A DNA stretch of 64,000 nucleotides, from positions 307,447-371,446 of the forward strand of contig CAWCDG010000007.1 in the NCBI GenBank assembly GCA_963794325.1, in the 5' to 3' direction. The notes below the pieces were generated by a model that did not search any database, was not told the origin of the DNA, and saw nothing but the letters and a program-made list of their open reading frames with translations. This document shows positions 39,362-50,900 of the stretch, in pieces. Position numbers and translations under genes: made by a program. Numbering within the stretch: position 1 is the stretch's first letter; each line of letters begins with the position of its first letter. Source of the stretch: an uncultured delta proteobacterium. GTDB taxonomy: Bacteria; Desulfobacterota; Binatia; Binatales; Binataceae.

Positions 39362-41338
39362 TCAGGGCTTGCGACAGATTACGACGCGGACTTCGCCGGC
39401 GTCTTTGACCTTGATGATGGCGCGCTGGTTGTCGACGTCGAGTTCTGCGATGCCGCCGATCACTTCGATCTCGCATCCGCGTGGGTATTGGAGGCGCGGA
39501 ACGAAGATCTCGGTCGGTTGGAGTACGGCTGGGTCGAACTCGAATGTGTAGTCGAACAGTCCCGTGACGCGATCGAATTTCATCTTGTGCGGGATACCCT
39601 GAGTAGCCAGTGCGTACGGTCTGACGAAGCCGGCGAGGGCGCGGCCGCCGCTGTTGAGGTCACTGGGATTACTCTGTTGGTCGCGTGAGAAGATACTCAG
39701 ATCCTCCTGGTTCCATCCGTCGCCAATAGCCAGATCATTCCTATTCGATGCAGTATAGTTCCATTGCGTACTATTGATTAACAGAGTATCCAGCGCATTA
39801 TACATCAGGTCGAGCGCGATGATGTGAGGAGTCCATGGTGTATCGGTGCGATCGCCTGCCTTGAAGGCGCGGTAGGCTTCGCCGCCGTTCAAATCGAAAG
39901 GGATTCCGAATTCACCGATCAAGGTGGGCACGCCATCGTGCACAGTCTCCGACATTCGCGCGATTTTGCCGAGCTGACGTTGGTAGCGCGCCTGCAATTG
40001 GTCGGCAGCCTCCGCGATTTCGCCGGTCATCGTGCCGAGACTGAAGTTCGGATTGAAAGTCTTGGTCGAGAGCGCGACCACGTCGTACCAATGGCCGGCG
40101 TTGACGGTGTTGGGCGGAGTGTCGGCGGGGAACCCAGGACCGAAGAAACCGGAATGCGGATCGAGCTCGGCGAACAGGATCCAATCGGGATTAATCTCGC
40201 GAATACTTTCGGCGACGCTCGCAAAAAACGGTCCCATGTAGTCTTCGATGAAATTGACCTTGCGGTCGCCGACGCGCTGAAAAATGTCGTCGCGCATAAC
40301 ATTGAAAGTGCTGTCCCTATTGAGCCTCCATGCACCTGCATTCTCGAACGGATCGCCTTTATCGTCGGGCCAAATCGAGATGTGGTCGGGATTGATCATG
40401 CGATCACGCTTGTGCACGACCGCCCTGGTCTCGGGATCGAAGCTGAGTACCGGTATCGAGCGCGTCACTCCGTGCGAGACGAGCAGGCCGTCGATCGGCG
40501 ACCAAGCGAGCCCCGGCATCGCACGATTTGGATTGGTATCGCTCGGACCGAGATGACGATAGCTGAGCGACTGCCCGATCCATCCGGGGGCGGGTTCGTT
40601 GAGCGAATCGAAGCCCATTAGATTGGGCAGGTCGCGGACGCGGAGCGCGATTTCACGCATCGCGCCGAGGTAGTGCTCGAGCATGTAGTCCTGCACGTTG
40701 TCGCCATCGATGGTCAGTCCGGGGGTGAAGTCGCGACCGGCGAAGAACAGGGTCCACATGATGCCGTTGGCGGGGCGGCGCGAATTCGCCGACCAGCTCA
40801 TGGTAGGGTAGCGGTCCTCCTGGCGGCCTCCGCGCGAATAGTCATACAGATTTTGCATTACATGTGCGGAGCCCGACTCGGCAATTCGCCGATAGTCAAT
40901 TCCAACTTTTTCGAATAGCCAACCGGGTGCACCGTCGCCACCCGACATGCGACTCCATACGTCCTGATGGAAATCGACGAATACATAGAAGCCATAGTCA
41001 CCGGCGAGGCGGCATAGCTCGGCGAAGTAGTCCAGATATTCGACGTCGTAGTCATTCGGGCCGCGATGCTCGACGGCTTCCCAGGTAGTCAGCAAGCGGA
41101 GGCAGTTGAAGCCCCACGCGCGCAGGCGCGAGAAGTGTTCGTCGGCCTCGGCAATCGGAAACGGACGGCCGATGAAGGAGACCTCGCGATGGTTGGAAAA
41201 GTCCGAGGGGAAATTGGTGCCGCCGTCAGGGTAGGGGACTTTGCAATCGCCGCCGAGGTTGACGCCGCGCAAAATGACGCGGCGCCCGTGCCCGTCAACG
41301 AACCATCGTCCATCGATATGCAGTCGCGGGAGGTTCAT
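39362..41338 (-). CDS. GH5 endoglycoceramidase/steryl-glucosidase-like hydrolase
   Basis: LRGVNLGG, WEAVEH.GP, DFHQDVWSR..GGDGAP, acid/base NEP, nucleophile IGEFG and DGWNQEDLS. Confidence 0.85.
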   Translation of the reverse strand: MNLPRLHIDGRWFVDGHGRRVILRGVNLGGDCKVPYPDGGTNFPSDFSNHREVSFIGRPFPIAEADEHFSRLRAWGFNCLRLLTTWEAVEHRGPNDYDVEYLDYFAELCRLAGDYGFYVFVDFHQDVWSRMSGGDGAPGWLFEKVGIDYRRIAESGSAHVMQNLYDYSRGGRQEDRYPTMSWSANSRRPANGIMWTLFFAGRDFTPGLTIDGDNVQDYMLEHYLGAMREIALRVRDLPNLMGFDSLNEPAPGWIGQSLSYRHLGPSDTNPNRAMPGLAWSPIDGLLVSHGVTRSIPVLSFDPETRAVVHKRDRMINPDHISIWPDDKGDPFENAGAWRLNRDSTFNVMRDDIFQRVGDRKVNFIEDYMGPFFASVAESIREINPDWILFAELDPHSGFFGPGFPADTPPNTVNAGHWYDVVALSTKTFNPNFSLGTMTGEIAEAADQLQARYQRQLGKIARMSETVHDGVPTLIGEFGIPFDLNGGEAYRAFKAGDRTDTPWTPHIIALDLMYNALDTLLINSTQWNYTASNRNDLAIGDGWNQEDLSIFSRDQQSNPSDLNSGGRALAGFVRPYALATQGIPHKMKFDRVTGLFDYTFEFDPAVLQPTEIFVPRLQYPRGCEIEVIGGIAELDVDNQRAIIKVKDAGEVRVVICRKP

Positions 41339-41387
41339 GGCGCGAGGTTGACGCAATGTCGGTTGGCCGGTCAAGCTGCACAGTTCA

Positions 41388-41771
41388 ATGGCGGCGAGCT
41401 GGCAGGAGAGTGAAATAATTCCGGGGTTGTTCGTCGGGGATTTGCAGGATGCGCAGAAGTTTGGCGGGACGATCATCAGCGTGCTGCCTGACGTGCCCGA
41501 AGGCGAGCCGGCGCAGGCTATTCATATGCCGTTTCTCGCGGAGGGCGTTGTGACGCTCGACAAGACGGCGGCGCTGATCGACGACGAGCTCGCGCAGGGG
41601 AATCGCGTGCTGGTGCATTGCGAGGAAGGATGCGAGCGCGCGCCGCTGGTGGTGGCGTGGTTTCTGAAGAGCAGGCGTGGCAAGACGCTTGACGAAGCGT
41701 ATGCGCTGTTGAAGAGCGCGAGGCCGATTGTGGTGGATCGGCGGCGCTGGCTGGGTATCCATAATCGATAG
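41388..41771 (+). CDS. Dual-specificity phosphatase-like protein
   Basis: EIIPGLFVG, VLVHCEEGCER (CX5R) and EAY..LKS.RP. Confidence 0.8.
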   Translation: MAASWQESEIIPGLFVGDLQDAQKFGGTIISVLPDVPEGEPAQAIHMPFLAEGVVTLDKTAALIDDELAQGNRVLVHCEEGCERAPLVVAWFLKSRRGKTLDEAYALLKSARPIVVDRRRWLGIHNR

Positions 41772-41846
41772 GCATGTCTAGAGTCTTACCGACGGTTTGA
41801 CTATTGGCTGGCGACGGCTCAGGCTGGCGGCGTCAAGCGTGGGGAG

Positions 41847-44800
41847 ATGGCCGAGTTTCTGAATCGCGTCGTTAAGCGTGCAGGAATCGCCCTCGAGCAT
41901 TTGAGGGCGGCGTTTCATCCGAGCAAGCCTTGGGTTGCGCGCACGCGGGAATTGGGGCGCTCGCGGCGGGTGCGCAAAACCGGGGTCATCGTGGTCGCGG
42001 TGGTGTTGTTCCTGGGCGTCGCCACTTACATCGCGGTTCCACCGATACTGCGGCACGTGCTGACCGGGTCGGTTGCGAGCAGTATCCATCGCCAGGTGAC
42101 TGTCGGCAAAATCCGCTTCAATCTTTATCGGCTGAAGCTCGATCTCGACCAACTGCATGTTGGCGAGCGCGACGATCCGCAGAAACCGTTCGTCGACCTG
42201 GGGCATCTGGCGGTAAAGGTCTCGTGGACGTCGCTGTTCAGACTTGCGCCCGTGGTCGGCGAGGTAATCGTCGAGCGGCCGCAAATTCACGTAGTCCGCC
42301 TGTCGCAGCAGAAGTTCAACTTTTCCGATTTGCTCGAGAGCGCGCCCGCGCCACCGAATCCGAAACCGGTTGCGCCGAGCAAGCCGATGAAATTCGCGGT
42401 CTCGAACATCCAACTGCGCGACGGCGAAGTGACTATCGACGATCAACTGCTCGGCAAGCAGCACAAGGTCGAGAAGATTCAGATCAACGTGCCGTTTATC
42501 GCGAACCTGCCCGCGGACGTGGACGTGTTCGTGCAGCCGCTGGTGCAGATGGTGATCGACGGCAGTCCGCTGCGAATTGCCGGCGTGTCCAAGCCGTTCC
42601 AGGCGACGCGCGACTCGGTGGTCGATTTGAAACTGCATCGCCTCGACATCCCGCAATACGTCGGCTACGCGCCGATGAAACTGCCGGTGAAAATTCCGAG
42701 CGGGACGCTCTCGACCGATCTTTATCTGCATTTCGTGCAGGCGGAAGCGCAGCCGCTGATTCGGATTAACGGGACGGTTGCGATCGATCAACTTGACGTT
42801 CGCGATACTGCCGACGCGCCGATCGTCGCGATGAAGCATGCGGAGGTGAAGCTCAGCGATGTCGAGCCGCTGGCCGCGATATTCTACCTGAGGTCTATCT
42901 GGATTGACGGGTTGATGGCGAACGTCAGGCTGAATCCGGACGGCACCAACAATCTTTCGTCGCTGGCGAGCGGCGGTGCGGCCGCGCCGGCGAGTACTCC
43001 TGCACCGCTCGCCGGCGCGGCGACCCCGAACGCCGCATCGACTCCCGCAGGCACGATGGCGCAACAGGCAGTGGCGGTGGCGGGTCCGTCGCCGGCCAAA
43101 GCGCCGATGGATTTTCAACTGGAATCGTTCGTGCTGACGAAAAGCGGAGTGAACGTTCAGGACAACAGCGGCCCGGCTCCGGCGGCGGCGGCGCTCGACG
43201 CGCTCGAGGTGGGAGTAAAAAATCTGCGGACGCTTGGGAAGTCGCCCGCGACGTTTTACGTGACCACGAATATTCACAGCGGCGGCGCGCTGGCGGTGAC
43301 GGGCGCGCTGAATCTGCCGCAATCGCAGGTGACGAGCGATGTGTCGATCGACAAGATCGATCTGCCCGCGCTACAGCCGTTCGCGCAGAAATTTCTCGCG
43401 GCCACGATAGCGTCGGGCAAGTTCAGCGCGAAGGCCAACGTACAGACGAATTTCGCGAGCGGCCACTTCAACGTGCATTCGGAGCCGGCCAGCGTCGCGA
43501 TCGAAAATTTCGAAGTGGATGCGCCGCACGAAAAAGAAAAGCCGGTGCAGTGGAAAAATTTCAGCGTCGCGATCGGGCAGTTCGATCTGGCGTCGCGTCA
43601 GGCGACGGTTACCGAAGTGAAAGCCGACGGGATGCATCTGTATGTGAGGCGCGAGCGCGACGGGAAATTGAGTCTCGAGTCGCTGATGCGCGGCAGCGAA
43701 CCCGCGCCGCACGCCGAGCGCGTCGCGGCGCGCCAGCCGAGACGAACGCCGCGCGAGCGCCATAGAGCGGAGCGCAAACCGGCCGCGCCCGCGTCGCCGG
43801 CGGCGCCGACGACGCCCGCGTCGCCGAGTTTTCAATTCCAGGTTGCGAGCGTCTCGCTCGATCAGACTGACGCGACTTTCGTGGACGAAAGCGCGCCGCA
43901 ACCGGTGACGGTCGCGGTCGCGCCGCTGAACCTGCATCTCAAGGACGTGACCAGCGACTTCAGCAAGCCTTTCAAGGTCGACATTGACGGGACGTTGAAT
44001 CGCAAGGGCACTTTCAAGGTCGCCGGCACCGCGGCGATTGCGCCGCTCAAGGCCGACCTGCGCGTCGCCACCAAGCGCCTCGACCTGACGTTCGCCGATC
44101 CGTACGTGAGCACCAGGATGAACGCGAAGATCACGACTGCGAACCTGACGATGGACGGCGCAGTCGGGCTTGAGCAGCAGCGCAAGGATTTTCTGGTCAG
44201 TTACAAGGGCGACGCGGCGCTGGGCAGTGTGCGGATGCTCGACAAGCTGACCAACGACCTGTTTTTCCGCATGACCGCGCTCAACGTGAACGGAATCGAC
44301 TTCGCGCTGGGCAAGGGTCCGCCGAAAGTGCATGTCGGACTGATCGCGCTGAACGATTTTTATTCGCGGATCATTCTCAACAAAGACGGCAAGCTGAATT
44401 TGAAGGACGTGACGGCGAGCCCGCAGGAAGCGCCGACCTCGCTGACGCGCGCGGAAGGCGAGCCGGGGTCGAAGGGCGCGGTTCCGATAGCGCCGAGCTC
44501 GACGCCGACTCCGGCAGCAGCGCCGAGCGTAGCGGCCGCGACGACTCCTGGAGCCTCTCCCGCGGCAGAGGCGAGTCCGGCGCAACCTTACCAGGGCCAG
44601 CCGATCAACGCCGATATCGAGCTCAAGAAAAATCACACTCAAGGGCGGCAAGATCGATTACACCGACAACTTCATCAAGCCCAACTATACCGCGAACATG
44701 ACCGACATGGAGGGCAGTATCGGCGCGTTCGGGACCAAGTCGACTGAGCCCGCGCCGGTTTCGCTCAATGGACAAATCAACGGCAGCTCACCGATCAATA

Positions 44801-45811
44801 TCGACGGATCGATCAATCCGCTCGCGCCGACCGCGTTCGTCGATATCAAGGCCAAGGCGGACGCCGTCGAGCTGACCGGCGTCTCACCATACACGGTCAA
44901 GTACACCGGCTATCCGATCGTCAAAGGCACGCTCACGGTTGACGTTCATTACCTGCTCGACGCCGGCAAGCTGACCGCCGACAACCACATTTTTATCGAT
45001 CAACTTACGTTCGGCGATCACGTGGACAGTCCGGACGCGACCAATCTGCCGATTCGGCTCGCGGTGTCGCTGCTCAAGAATTCGAAAGGACAGATCGACG
45101 TGCGAATTCCGATCTCGGGATCGCTGTCGGACCCGCAATTCAGCATCGGCAGCGTTATTCTGGGCGCGTTCATGAATCTGATCGTCAAGGCGGCGACGGC
45201 GCCGTTCTCGCTGATCGCGTCGGCATTCGGCAGCGTCACCGGCGGCGGCGCGCAGCAGGACCTCGGATATATCGAGTTCAAGCCGGGGTACTCGACGCTG
45301 ACGCCGGAGAGTCAGCAGAAGCTTGACACCATCGCGAAGGCGTTGGCGGATCGGACCGCGTTGAAGCTCAACATCGAGGGGCGCGTCGATCCGAAGTTCG
45401 ACACCGATGGATACAAGGAAGCGTCGCTGGATCACAGTATCACGGTGCTAAGGCATAGGGCCGAAGGCGACAGCGATGGGACCGCGAAAAATCCGGAGCT
45501 GTCGAAGGAGGACTACGACAAGTACCTGAAGAAGGTGTACAGCGCGGGGGATTTCAAGAAGCCGCGTGACATGGTGGGGTTGGCGAAGACGCAGCCGCCC
45601 GACGAGATGAAGAAACTGATTCTCGAGAACACTCCGGTGAGCGATCAGGATTTGAAGAATCTGGCGGATGCGCGCGCGAATGCGGTGCGCGCGTATCTCA
45701 GCCAAGAAGCAGGTGGACTCGGCGCGGATGTTTATTATCGCGCCGAAGATGGATGCCGCGGGGATCAAGGATCAGGGGAAGACGACGCGGGTTGATTTGT
45801 CGTTGGAGTGA
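41847..45811 (+). pseudogene. DUF748 (AsmA-like) protein with C-terminal OmpA-like domain; two +1 indels (about 44630 and 45702)
   Basis: Removing one A at AAGAAAAATC restores KITLKGGKIDYTDNFIKPNY; removing one C near 45702 restores KQVDSARMFI...RVDLSLE*. Confidence 0.85.
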
Positions 45812-45838
45812 CGCACGCGCGACGGAGGCCGGACTTGG

Positions 45839-46060
45839 ATGAGTAGTACGTGGGGACTCTGCAAGGATTGTAAGTGGTGGCAGATCGAGCCGAAGGCGCC
45901 GGTTAAGAATTCGACGATGGGACTGTGCATCGACGACAAAATGCTGAAGTTCAATTTGCGGGTTTCCGGCAACAGCGGATGTAATCGATTCATGGAAGGC
46001 AAGCCCGCGCACGCGAAGGGATCGAGCGGGCAGCCGCCGACGGCGAAGCCGACGCGGTGA
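45839..46060 (+). CDS. 73-aa four-Cys protein, HiPIP-like pattern
   Basis: GGAGG SD; CKDCKWW-x-GLC-x-VSGNSGCNRF. Confidence 0.75.
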   Translation: MSSTWGLCKDCKWWQIEPKAPVKNSTMGLCIDDKMLKFNLRVSGNSGCNRFMEGKPAHAKGSSGQPPTAKPTR

Positions 46061-46073
46061 TTGAAGCGGGGAA

Positions 46074-46158
46074 CCTAACCCCTAACCCCTTCCCATAGTG
46101 GGAAGGGGAACCGGATTAAGAGAGTGACCCCTTCCCGAGCGGGAAGGGGGACCGGATT
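46074..46158. repeat. Tandem REP-like palindromes
   Basis: CCCCTTCCCATAGTGGGAAGGGGAACCGGATT and CCCCTTCCCGAGCGGGAAGGGGGACCGGATT between convergent genes. Confidence 0.75.
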
Positions 46159-46168
46159 TATAGGAGAG

Positions 46169-47713
46169 TTAGAGGGAGCCGAAGATTTTGTCGGGGACTC
46201 CTTCCCAGGCGCGGCGTTCCTGGTCGCGGGGGGCATCCTCTAGTTTCGTATTCGAGCCGAGGACCATTGTTGCGCGGTGGGCCTCGTCGTAGCGGCTCCA
46301 CTTGCCGGTGCTCTCATTACTTGGGTCGCCTGATTTTGCGAAGGCCAGCCATGCGTCCTGCATTTGGGTTGCGAGCTTTTCGGCGGCGGGGCCGGCGCCT
46401 GAGAATGAGGCCATCCCCGGTATGCCATTGGTGCCGAAGACGAAGCCGAGCTCGAGGGCGTGGCATGAGCCGAGCACGCCGCCCATCGCGGGCGACGGCC
46501 AGGTGAAGAGGTAGCTGTAAACGCGCGCATCGTGGCGCGGCTGGACTCGCGCGAGGCGCACGCCCGGGATGCGGAAGACGCGGTCGGTCTCGATTGCAGT
46601 GAAGAGGTCGGAGGGGGCGACGGGCTCGCCACGCTGCGCGCGCGCCTTCGCGTAAGAATCGATGACGGCGTCGGCCTGCTCGGCAGTGAGTCGCCGGCTC
46701 ATCCGCGCGCCGAGGCCTTTGCGGTCGAGCTTGTGCAACGACGCGTCCATCAACGAGAACAACTTCCATTCTTCGAGCGTCGAGCCGACCATTACGGCCA
46801 CGCCCGACGCCGAGCCGTCCGCGACCATCTCGATGGCAGCGCGCGGCAGAACGGCACCGTCGATGACCGGTTGATACGCCATCCCGAGTTCGGGGTCGGG
46901 CGTCTTGCCGTCGGCGAGCATCGTGCCGGTAAGCAATTGCGCAGGCGTCAAGGCATTGAGCGCAGCAACGTCGCCACTGTTCACGCCGAGCTTCGACAAG
47001 ACGCGTTCCGCGGTGCGATTTGCGCGCGCGACGGGAGCGCCAGTGTGGCATGCGCCGCTTTGCGGGATCGCTTTGTGGAAGAGGCCGCGCGCCGTGGGCA
47101 TCGCGAGCAAAGTTCCGACGCTCATGCCGCCGGCTGACTCACCGAAGATAGTCACGTTGCCGGGGTCGCCGCCGAACTCTGCGATATTGTCGCGGACCCA
47201 TTCCAGGGCAGCGACTTGATCGAGCATCCCCTCGTTGCCGGACGATGGAATCTTGCCGCCGGTCACGTCGGCTAGACGCAGGAATCCCAGAGGACCGAGG
47301 CGGTAGTTAACTGTGACGAGAACGACGTCGCCGCGCCGCGCGAGGACCGAACCGTCGTAGATGGCTTGCGAGCTGGCGCCGATCGTGAAACCGCCGCCGT
47401 GAATCCAGACCATCACCGGGCGGCGCTTGCCGTCGAGCGCGGGAGTCCAGACATTGAGGGTGAGGCAATCTTCGGATTGTTCGCCGTCAATCACCATCGC
47501 GGAGAGCGCACTGAGCATCACGCGATTCTGATGAGCGACTGCGCCGAAGCGGCGAGCGTCGCGCACACCGGTCCACGATGCGGGCTTCTCGGGCGAACGC
47601 CATCGGCTGGCGCCGACGGGTGGTGCGGCAAAGGGGATTCCTTTGAATACGAACAGGCCGCCCTGGTCGTCGCCTTCGAGTTTGCCCTGATGAATCGAAA
47701 CAGTCGCGCTCAT
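46169..47713 (-). CDS. Type-B carboxylesterase (PnbA-like)
   Basis: FKGIPFA, SEDCLTLNVW, HGGGF, FGESAG and CHALEL. Confidence 0.93.
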   Translation of the reverse strand: MSATVSIHQGKLEGDDQGGLFVFKGIPFAAPPVGASRWRSPEKPASWTGVRDARRFGAVAHQNRVMLSALSAMVIDGEQSEDCLTLNVWTPALDGKRRPVMVWIHGGGFTIGASSQAIYDGSVLARRGDVVLVTVNYRLGPLGFLRLADVTGGKIPSSGNEGMLDQVAALEWVRDNIAEFGGDPGNVTIFGESAGGMSVGTLLAMPTARGLFHKAIPQSGACHTGAPVARANRTAERVLSKLGVNSGDVAALNALTPAQLLTGTMLADGKTPDPELGMAYQPVIDGAVLPRAAIEMVADGSASGVAVMVGSTLEEWKLFSLMDASLHKLDRKGLGARMSRRLTAEQADAVIDSYAKARAQRGEPVAPSDLFTAIETDRVFRIPGVRLARVQPRHDARVYSYLFTWPSPAMGGVLGSCHALELGFVFGTNGIPGMASFSGAGPAAEKLATQMQDAWLAFAKSGDPSNESTGKWSRYDEAHRATMVLGSNTKLEDAPRDQERRAWEGVPDKIFGSL

Positions 47714-47956
47714 TTGGATGAACCTCAATTCGAGAGTTGCCGGATTCTTGCAGAATTCATGCGCACTTAACAAACGCCGGGAGGATACGCGCGACGCAAT
47801 CCCAAATTGGGACACATCGCATCGAATCGCGCCGCGGACTGAGAGGATTCGATAGGCGAACGGCGTGTTCTTTGCTGATATGCGACAGATTTCTGGGCAC
47901 TGGACTTGCTGTCATCTAGTGGATCCCTGCGTCGGCCGGGACAGGAAGGAAATCGG

Positions 47957-50900
47957 ATGGGCGCGATGCCCAAGCACCACGACCCTGACTCGCGCGATAG
48001 CAATCCCGAGCATGACCAGTTGAGCACCGAAGCTTCGAGCGGGCTGGCGCCGGCGGGGTCGCGCAATGCTTTGTCTGCTTCGCGGCTCGCGGACGAGAAC
48101 ATCGTGGGGTTCTGGAGGACGGGCGCGGCGCTGGTGATCTTTTTCCAGCTGATCTATGCAGCGGAGCATCATTACGCGTCCGCATCGACTTTCGATGCGA
48201 CGCTGAGCCTTCATTTGGCCAACATCGCGGTCGGGATACTGTTTTTTCTCGCGAGCTTTACTCCCTTGATGCCGCGCTTTTGGCGTCAGCTCGCTCTCCT
48301 CTCCTGCATCGCGTTGCTCATATCGACGACTGGGATCTGCGTAAAATCGACGCGCATCGAAGCGTTGTTCGTGTCGGTGCTGGTCACCGTGGTTGGCACC
48401 GGGACACTGGCGCCTTGGGATTGGCCGTGGCAGGCGGCGATCAGCGTGGTTGGGATGATTTGCTTTTACACGCTGGCCCGTAGCCATGGGATCGTTGATT
48501 CCGATCCCTCTATGTATTGGCTGGGACTGATGACGGCGGTCGGGCTGGGGCAGTCAAACGTTTATCTGCAAACGAGGAATCGGCGCGCGATCGCGCAGAA
48601 CCTCGCTGACCAGCTCAGCAGCGATCAGCACCTCCAGGACAGCGAGGAGAAGTTTAGGCAGATATTCCAGCAAAGCGGCGACATGGCGGTGGTCACGAAC
48701 CTCGATACGGGCGCGATCCTCGAGGTCAACAATCAGTTCGTCAAGCGCAGCCGGGTGCCGCGGGAGCTGGTGGTGGGCCGAATGGACACCGACTTCAATT
48801 TCTTTGCGGAACCGGCGGCCCGCGAGCAGTTCATGAAAGAACTTCTCGAAAACGGCGTGGTGCAGAACCTCGAAGTCCAGCTCAACGGCCTCGGCTATGG
48901 CCGGCCGATGCCGGCCCTGATTTCCGCGGTGGTAGTGCGGCTGAACAACCAGAAGTGCGCGATCATCGTGGTCCGTGAAATTTCGGACGTCAGGGAAGCC
49001 GAGCGGAAAATGCGCAACAGCGAGACCACGCTGCGCAAAATTTTCGACGCGAATCTCGATTCGGTGACAACCACCGATGCATCTACGCGGCGCTACACTG
49101 ACGTAAATCACGAATTCTGTCGCTCGACAGGGTTCAGCCGCGAAGAGGTGCTGGGCAAAACGTACTGGGAGATTGGCGTGTGGCCGAGCCGCGAGGAATC
49201 GGACAATTTTTCGGCGGCGATGATGCGCGGCGGCGAAGTCCGCAACATGCGCGCGAACTTTTACGCCAAGGACGGAACCCTAATCCCGTGCCTGATGTCC
49301 GGCGCGATGGTTGAGCTGGATGGCAAGCTGAGCGTCCTGACGATCACGCGCAACATCGGCGATCTGCTGGCGGCGGAGGAGAAACTCAAAGAGAGCGAGG
49401 GCAGCCTGCGCAAAATATTCGACTCGATCCTGGATCCGCTGTCGATCACCGATCTCGACGGACGCTTTGTGGATGTTAACGCCGAATTCATACGGCTCAG
49501 CGAATTTTCGCGTGGCGAGATCATTGGGACGATCTCGGCGAGGGTGGGCGGCGACCGTTATGAACGCGAGTATCGAGAGTCGCTCCGGGCGACCGGCCAG
49601 GCGCGGAACTTCGAAGTGACAATTCCAACCAAGAGCGGCCTTGCGATTCCGGTACTGCTTTCGTCGGTGGTGGTGGACCTGGGCGGAGAGCCGCGGGTCG
49701 TCACGATTGCCCGCGACATTACCGTGCGCAAGGAAGAGGAGCGCAAGCTACAAAGCAGCGAAGCGATGCTGCGTGAGATCTTCGATTCCAGCGTCGATAA
49801 CATCGCACTGACGGACCTGACCAACGGCATCATTATCGATGTGAACAACGAGATGGTGCGGTCGCTGGGGCTGGCGAAAAATGAAATCGTCGGCAAGCGT
49901 TTCGATGAGGTCAAGGTCTGGGAGAGCACCGAGCGGCTCAACCTGTTCAGCGAAACCCTGCTCAAGCAGCGCAAGATCCGCAATTTCGAGACTACTTTCC
50001 GCACCGTTTCCGGCAGCACGTTTCCGGCGCTGATCTCGGCAGTAATACTCGAGCTCGGCGGGCGCGAGTGCGCGCTTTCGATCGCGCGCGATATCACCGA
50101 TCTGGAGGCGGCACGCCAGAAGGCGCTGGCGGCGTCGAAGGCGAAGACTGAATTCCTGTCGAGCATGTCGCACGAAATTCGCACGCCGATGAATGCGATC
50201 CTCGGGATGGCCGACCTGATCGGCGAGAGCGATCTCAATTCGGAGCAGCGCCGGTACCTCGATACCATAATCAGCAACGGCAACGCGCTGCTCGAACTGA
50301 TCAACAGCATCCTGGATCTCGCGCGAGTCGAAAGCGGACGCATGAACCTCGAGGCGGTTGCGTTCGACGTAGTCGAGCTGACCGAGAAGGTTGCCGACAC
50401 GCTGGCGGTGCGCGCGCATGAAAAGGGCGTCGAGCTCGCAGTGCGATTCGGCGGCGATTTGCCGCCTACGCTGGTAGGCGATTCGCTGCGGCTGCGCCAG
50501 GTGCTCACCAATCTTATCGGCAACGCGATCAAATTCACCGAGCACGGCGAAGTCGTAATCGACGTCGCGCACAACCCCAGCCAGTCCAACCCTGGCAGCC
50601 TGATGTTCTCGGTGCGCGATAGTGGTATCGGAATGCCGCGCGAGATGCTGCCCAACATTTTCTCGGCCTTCACCCAGGCGGACTCGTCAACCACGCGAAA
50701 GTACGGCGGCAGCGGACTCGGGCTGACCATCGTCGAGCGGCTGGTGGCGTTGATGGGCGGCAGAGTCTGGGTCGAAAGCGAACTCGGAATCGGGAGCACG
50801 TTTCATTTTACCGTCGAGCTCGGCTTGGCGAAGGAGCTCACCGACCAAAGCGAATCGCGGGAGTATCGCGGGCTGGATCTGTCATCAGTCCGCGCGCTGG

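Noticed and set aside
44622-44636. Programmed frameshift in DUF748
   Set aside because: It needs a +1 shift at an A5 run, and there is a second indel in the gene; sequencing error is simpler
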